A stretch of DNA of 38,000 bases from Acidobacteriota bacterium (lineage in GTDB: Bacteria; Acidobacteriota; UBA6911; JACQSX01): contig DASXQR010000041.1 of assembly GCA_036507075.1 (NCBI GenBank), positions 1 to 38,000 of the forward strand, written 5' to 3'. Made by a program: the position numbers and the translations under genes. Every line of letters starts with the position of its first letter. The first letter of the stretch is position 1. The notes under the pieces were generated by a model. That model made no database searches and had not been told where the DNA came from. It saw nothing but the letters and a program-made list of their open reading frames with translations. Positions 35,935-38,000 of the stretch are shown in pieces.

Positions 35935-35967
35935 AATTCGTGAAATTCGTGAAATTCGTGTCCGTGG
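35935..35967. repeat. Single nonamer tandem arm (AAATTCGTG)x3
   Basis: aattcgtgaaattcgtgaaattcgtgtccgtgg directly after the mazF stop; the reverse complement has the CACGAA core of the 3317 family. Confidence 0.65.
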
Positions 35968-35969
35968 AA

Positions 35970-36314
35970 TCAGCGGCCGAGGACGACGTCAATTCCTGAA
36001 AGGACCAGGGCGATTGTCTGTTTTGCAAGTTTTCCGGTGCGGTCAGTAAGGAGAGATTTATCCAGAGTCACTATTTGTGAGACATTCGCCACCGATTCTT
36101 TTGGCAGTCCAGTGGAACGAGGAGAGAGTAGAACGTTTCCTGGAGCTTCTGCCCAGCGGATGTTGCTTGTCAGCGGAACACAGATGACCGTGGCAATCCG
36201 GCTGCGGTTGAGTGCGTCGCCCTGAACAACGATTACCGGCCTTCGAAAGCCAGGACCTGAGTCGGCCGGGGCCGGCAGATCCACCCACCAGATTTCACCC
36301 TGTGAAATTACCAC
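35970..36314 (-). CDS. mazF: Type II TA toxin, PemK/MazF family endoribonuclease
   Basis: QGEIWWVDL...PGFRRPVIVVQGDALN...VPLTS...TGLPKESVANVSQIVTLDK; overlaps the antitoxin stop. Confidence 0.93.
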   Translation of the reverse strand: MVISQGEIWWVDLPAPADSGPGFRRPVIVVQGDALNRSRIATVICVPLTSNIRWAEAPGNVLLSPRSTGLPKESVANVSQIVTLDKSLLTDRTGKLAKQTIALVLSGIDVVLGR

Positions 36315-36544
36315 TCGCTGCGCCCCAGAACGCGCCGCGAAGCGGCCGACACGAATTGATCAGGTTCTCCGCCGATGTCGGCACAGACACGGTCCATGGC
36401 TTCGGTAACATGGTCGGGCGCGTGGCGCGCTACATACTCGGCGATGGCTTGACTGTAAAGGTGGCTGCGTGACTTCTTCATGCGGCGCGCCAGTCGTTCC
36501 CCCTTTTCAAAGACATCGTCGGGAATCGATATTGCCGTTTTCAT
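36308..36544 (-). CDS. mazE: MazE/ChpI-like ribbon-helix-helix antitoxin
   Basis: MKTAISIPDDVFEKGERLARRMKKSRSHLYSQAI...SEW, directly upstream of mazF. Confidence 0.85.
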   Translation of the reverse strand: MKTAISIPDDVFEKGERLARRMKKSRSHLYSQAIAEYVARHAPDHVTEAMDRVCADIGGEPDQFVSAASRRVLGRSEW

Positions 36545-36580
36545 ACCAAAAGTATAACTGCTGACCGGCGCAGGAATCAA
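36545..36580 (-). promoter_or_regulatory. Sigma70-type promoter for a probably leaderless mazEF transcript
   Basis: Minus strand TTGATT-N18-TATACT-N6-ATG with no Shine-Dalgarno; an ATAC-N5-GTAT inverted repeat spans the -10 box and the start codon. Confidence 0.65.
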
Positions 36581-36605
36581 TAGCGGTTAGCAGGAAATAT
36601 CCAGC

Positions 36606-38000
36606 TCAGCTTGTGAGTGCCAGCTCGTATAAATATTCGGCGTGGGAGCGCACTGCGCCATCCATGCCTTGAATCTTCGGGTTCTTCGATTCGATTACGT
36701 AATACTCGTCGGGAGCGTGCGCGCCACTTCCATGGCCCAGGCCGAAATGACCCGCGGGCAGGCGCAGTGGCTCGCCGGTGAATACATATCCCGGCCAGGA
36801 ACCGGCGTTGCGAGGCAGCAGGACCGGATCGATCCCGCCGCGGCGGTACACGGCTGTTTCCGCGCGGATAATGGCCGCGTCGGCTGGCGTGGTGGTGGGA
36901 TCGTAGCCGCCGGTCATACGAACCTCAATATCGCCGAAGCCCTTCTTGGCAAGATGCGCTTTAAGCGCGGCGAGCGCTTCGGCCGCCTTCATGTCCGGCA
37001 CCAGCCGCAGGTCGAGCTTCGCTACGGCCTTGCCGGGAAGAATGGTTTTCCCACCGGGTCCGGTGTAACCACCTACGAGACCCTCAATATTCACCGTAGG
37101 GCGCGACATCAACAGCTCGAGCGCTTCTCGCCAGCTTACATCGTGCACCCAGTGCTCCACGCCAAGTGATTTCTTGGCAGCACCTTCGTCCAGCCGCCGT
37201 GCTGCTTCGGCGATCATTTTCTTTTCGGCGTCGGAAAGCGGGCGCACTCTATTGGTAAAGCCTTCGATTGCGGGTTCGTTGCCATCCGGTGAAACAAGCG
37301 CTGCCAGAGCTCCCACAAGGTGCCATGCAGGGCTGTCCAGCCGGGCTTTGTTGCTGGAGTGGACATCGCGACGCGGTCCGCGGCCCCAGCGCTGCCCGCT
37401 CGAAGTCAGTTCGACCTCAATAACCCCCTTCGCGCCAAACGTCATCGTCACTTCGCCATCCGGCCCCTGCGATGCCGAGGGCATGATGATTCCAACGCAT
37501 TTCTTCAGCGCGGCCTGCACCTCCGGCCGTCGCACAATTTGCGGAAAGTGCGGCGAGCCGATCTCTTCTTCTCCTTCGGCCACAAAAACCAGGTTCAGCG
37601 GGAGCTTTTTCCCCGCGCCGCGGATGGCATGCAAGGCGGCCAGGAAGGCGGCCTCCGGTCCCTTCTGGTTCACCGCGCCGCGGCCCACAAGGACCTTTCC
37701 GAGCCCGGGCTTTTCGACCAGATAGGCGTCGAACGGCGGCGAAGTCCACTCGGCCGGATCGACCTGCTTTACGTCATACATGAAATAGAGGCCAAGTGTG
37801 CGCGGGGCGCCGGCATCCAGTGTCGCGAAGACGCCCGGTTGGCCGTCGGTAGGCATCCTGGTTACGCGGCTGAATCCCGCCTCACGGAGCATGCGCATCA
37901 TCAGCTCGCAGCCCTCGGTCATGCCTTTGTTCTCGGCGGCAATGGACGGCTGTCGCACCCACTGCTGCAGGCGCTGCACGGCCTCGTTGTGCCGCTTGGC
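36606..38000 (-). CDS. M20/M25/M40 family metallopeptidase/hydrolase (5' end beyond the window)
   Basis: YFMYDVK, GRGAVNQKG, EGEEEIGS, DVHSS, KTILP, RLVPD, AHAPDEY; the frame stays open to the window edge. Confidence 0.9.
   Translation of the reverse strand, partial: AKRHNEAVQRLQQWVRQPSIAAENKGMTEGCELMMRMLREAGFSRVTRMPTDGQPGVFATLDAGAPRTLGLYFMYDVKQVDPAEWTSPPFDAYLVEKPGLGKVLVGRGAVNQKGPEAAFLAALHAIRGAGKKLPLNLVFVAEGEEEIGSPHFPQIVRRPEVQAALKKCVGIIMPSASQGPDGEVTMTFGAKGVIEVELTSSGQRWGRGPRRDVHSSNKARLDSPAWHLVGALAALVSPDGNEPAIEGFTNRVRPLSDAEKKMIAEAARRLDEGAAKKSLGVEHWVHDVSWREALELLMSRPTVNIEGLVGGYTGPGGKTILPGKAVAKLDLRLVPDMKAAEALAALKAHLAKKGFGDIEVRMTGGYDPTTTPADAAIIRAETAVYRRGGIDPVLLPRNAGSWPGYVFTGEPLRLPAGHFGLGHGSGAHAPDEYYVIESKNPKIQGMDGAVRSHAEYLYELALTS

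Overview
A 38-kb gene-dense chromosomal segment, most likely from an Acidobacteriota genome. The assignment is inferred from two Oar-like TonB-dependent receptors with N-terminal carboxypeptidase-regulatory domains, a GWxTD protein, an ASPIC/UnbV FG-GAP protein and a sulfatase-TPR fusion. No rRNA, tRNA, CRISPR array, prophage or intact transposase is visible. The left half (0.3-17 kb) is a catabolic neighbourhood in which enzyme families that normally work in the cytoplasm carry Tat or Sec signal peptides: a SelA/DgaE-like PLP lyase, an amidohydrolase/deacetylase, a RidA, a UxuA-like dehydratase and an HpcH/HpaI aldolase. They sit next to a PQQ dehydrogenase, a diheme cytochrome c and a TonB receptor, and together suggest a candidate periplasmic, non-phosphorylative amino-sugar or sugar-acid pathway. 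The right half encodes large secreted proteins: a PD40 propeller with three 167-aa repeats, a multicopper oxidase, CRTAC1/ASPIC, sulfatase-TPR, GWxTD, a second TonB receptor, a kelch-like propeller and an M20 peptidase. Two type II toxin-antitoxin modules are present (Phd-VapC and MazE/MazF). Most of the longer intergenic spacers hold a palindromic element from one of several families: inverted 8/9-mer tandem arms, inverted heptamer tandems, REP doublets, and one 100-bp MITE-like element with a 5-bp flanking duplication. Some of these elements supply stop codons, a start codon or a signal-peptide core. Two genes survive only as 5'-end plus 3'-end remnants.
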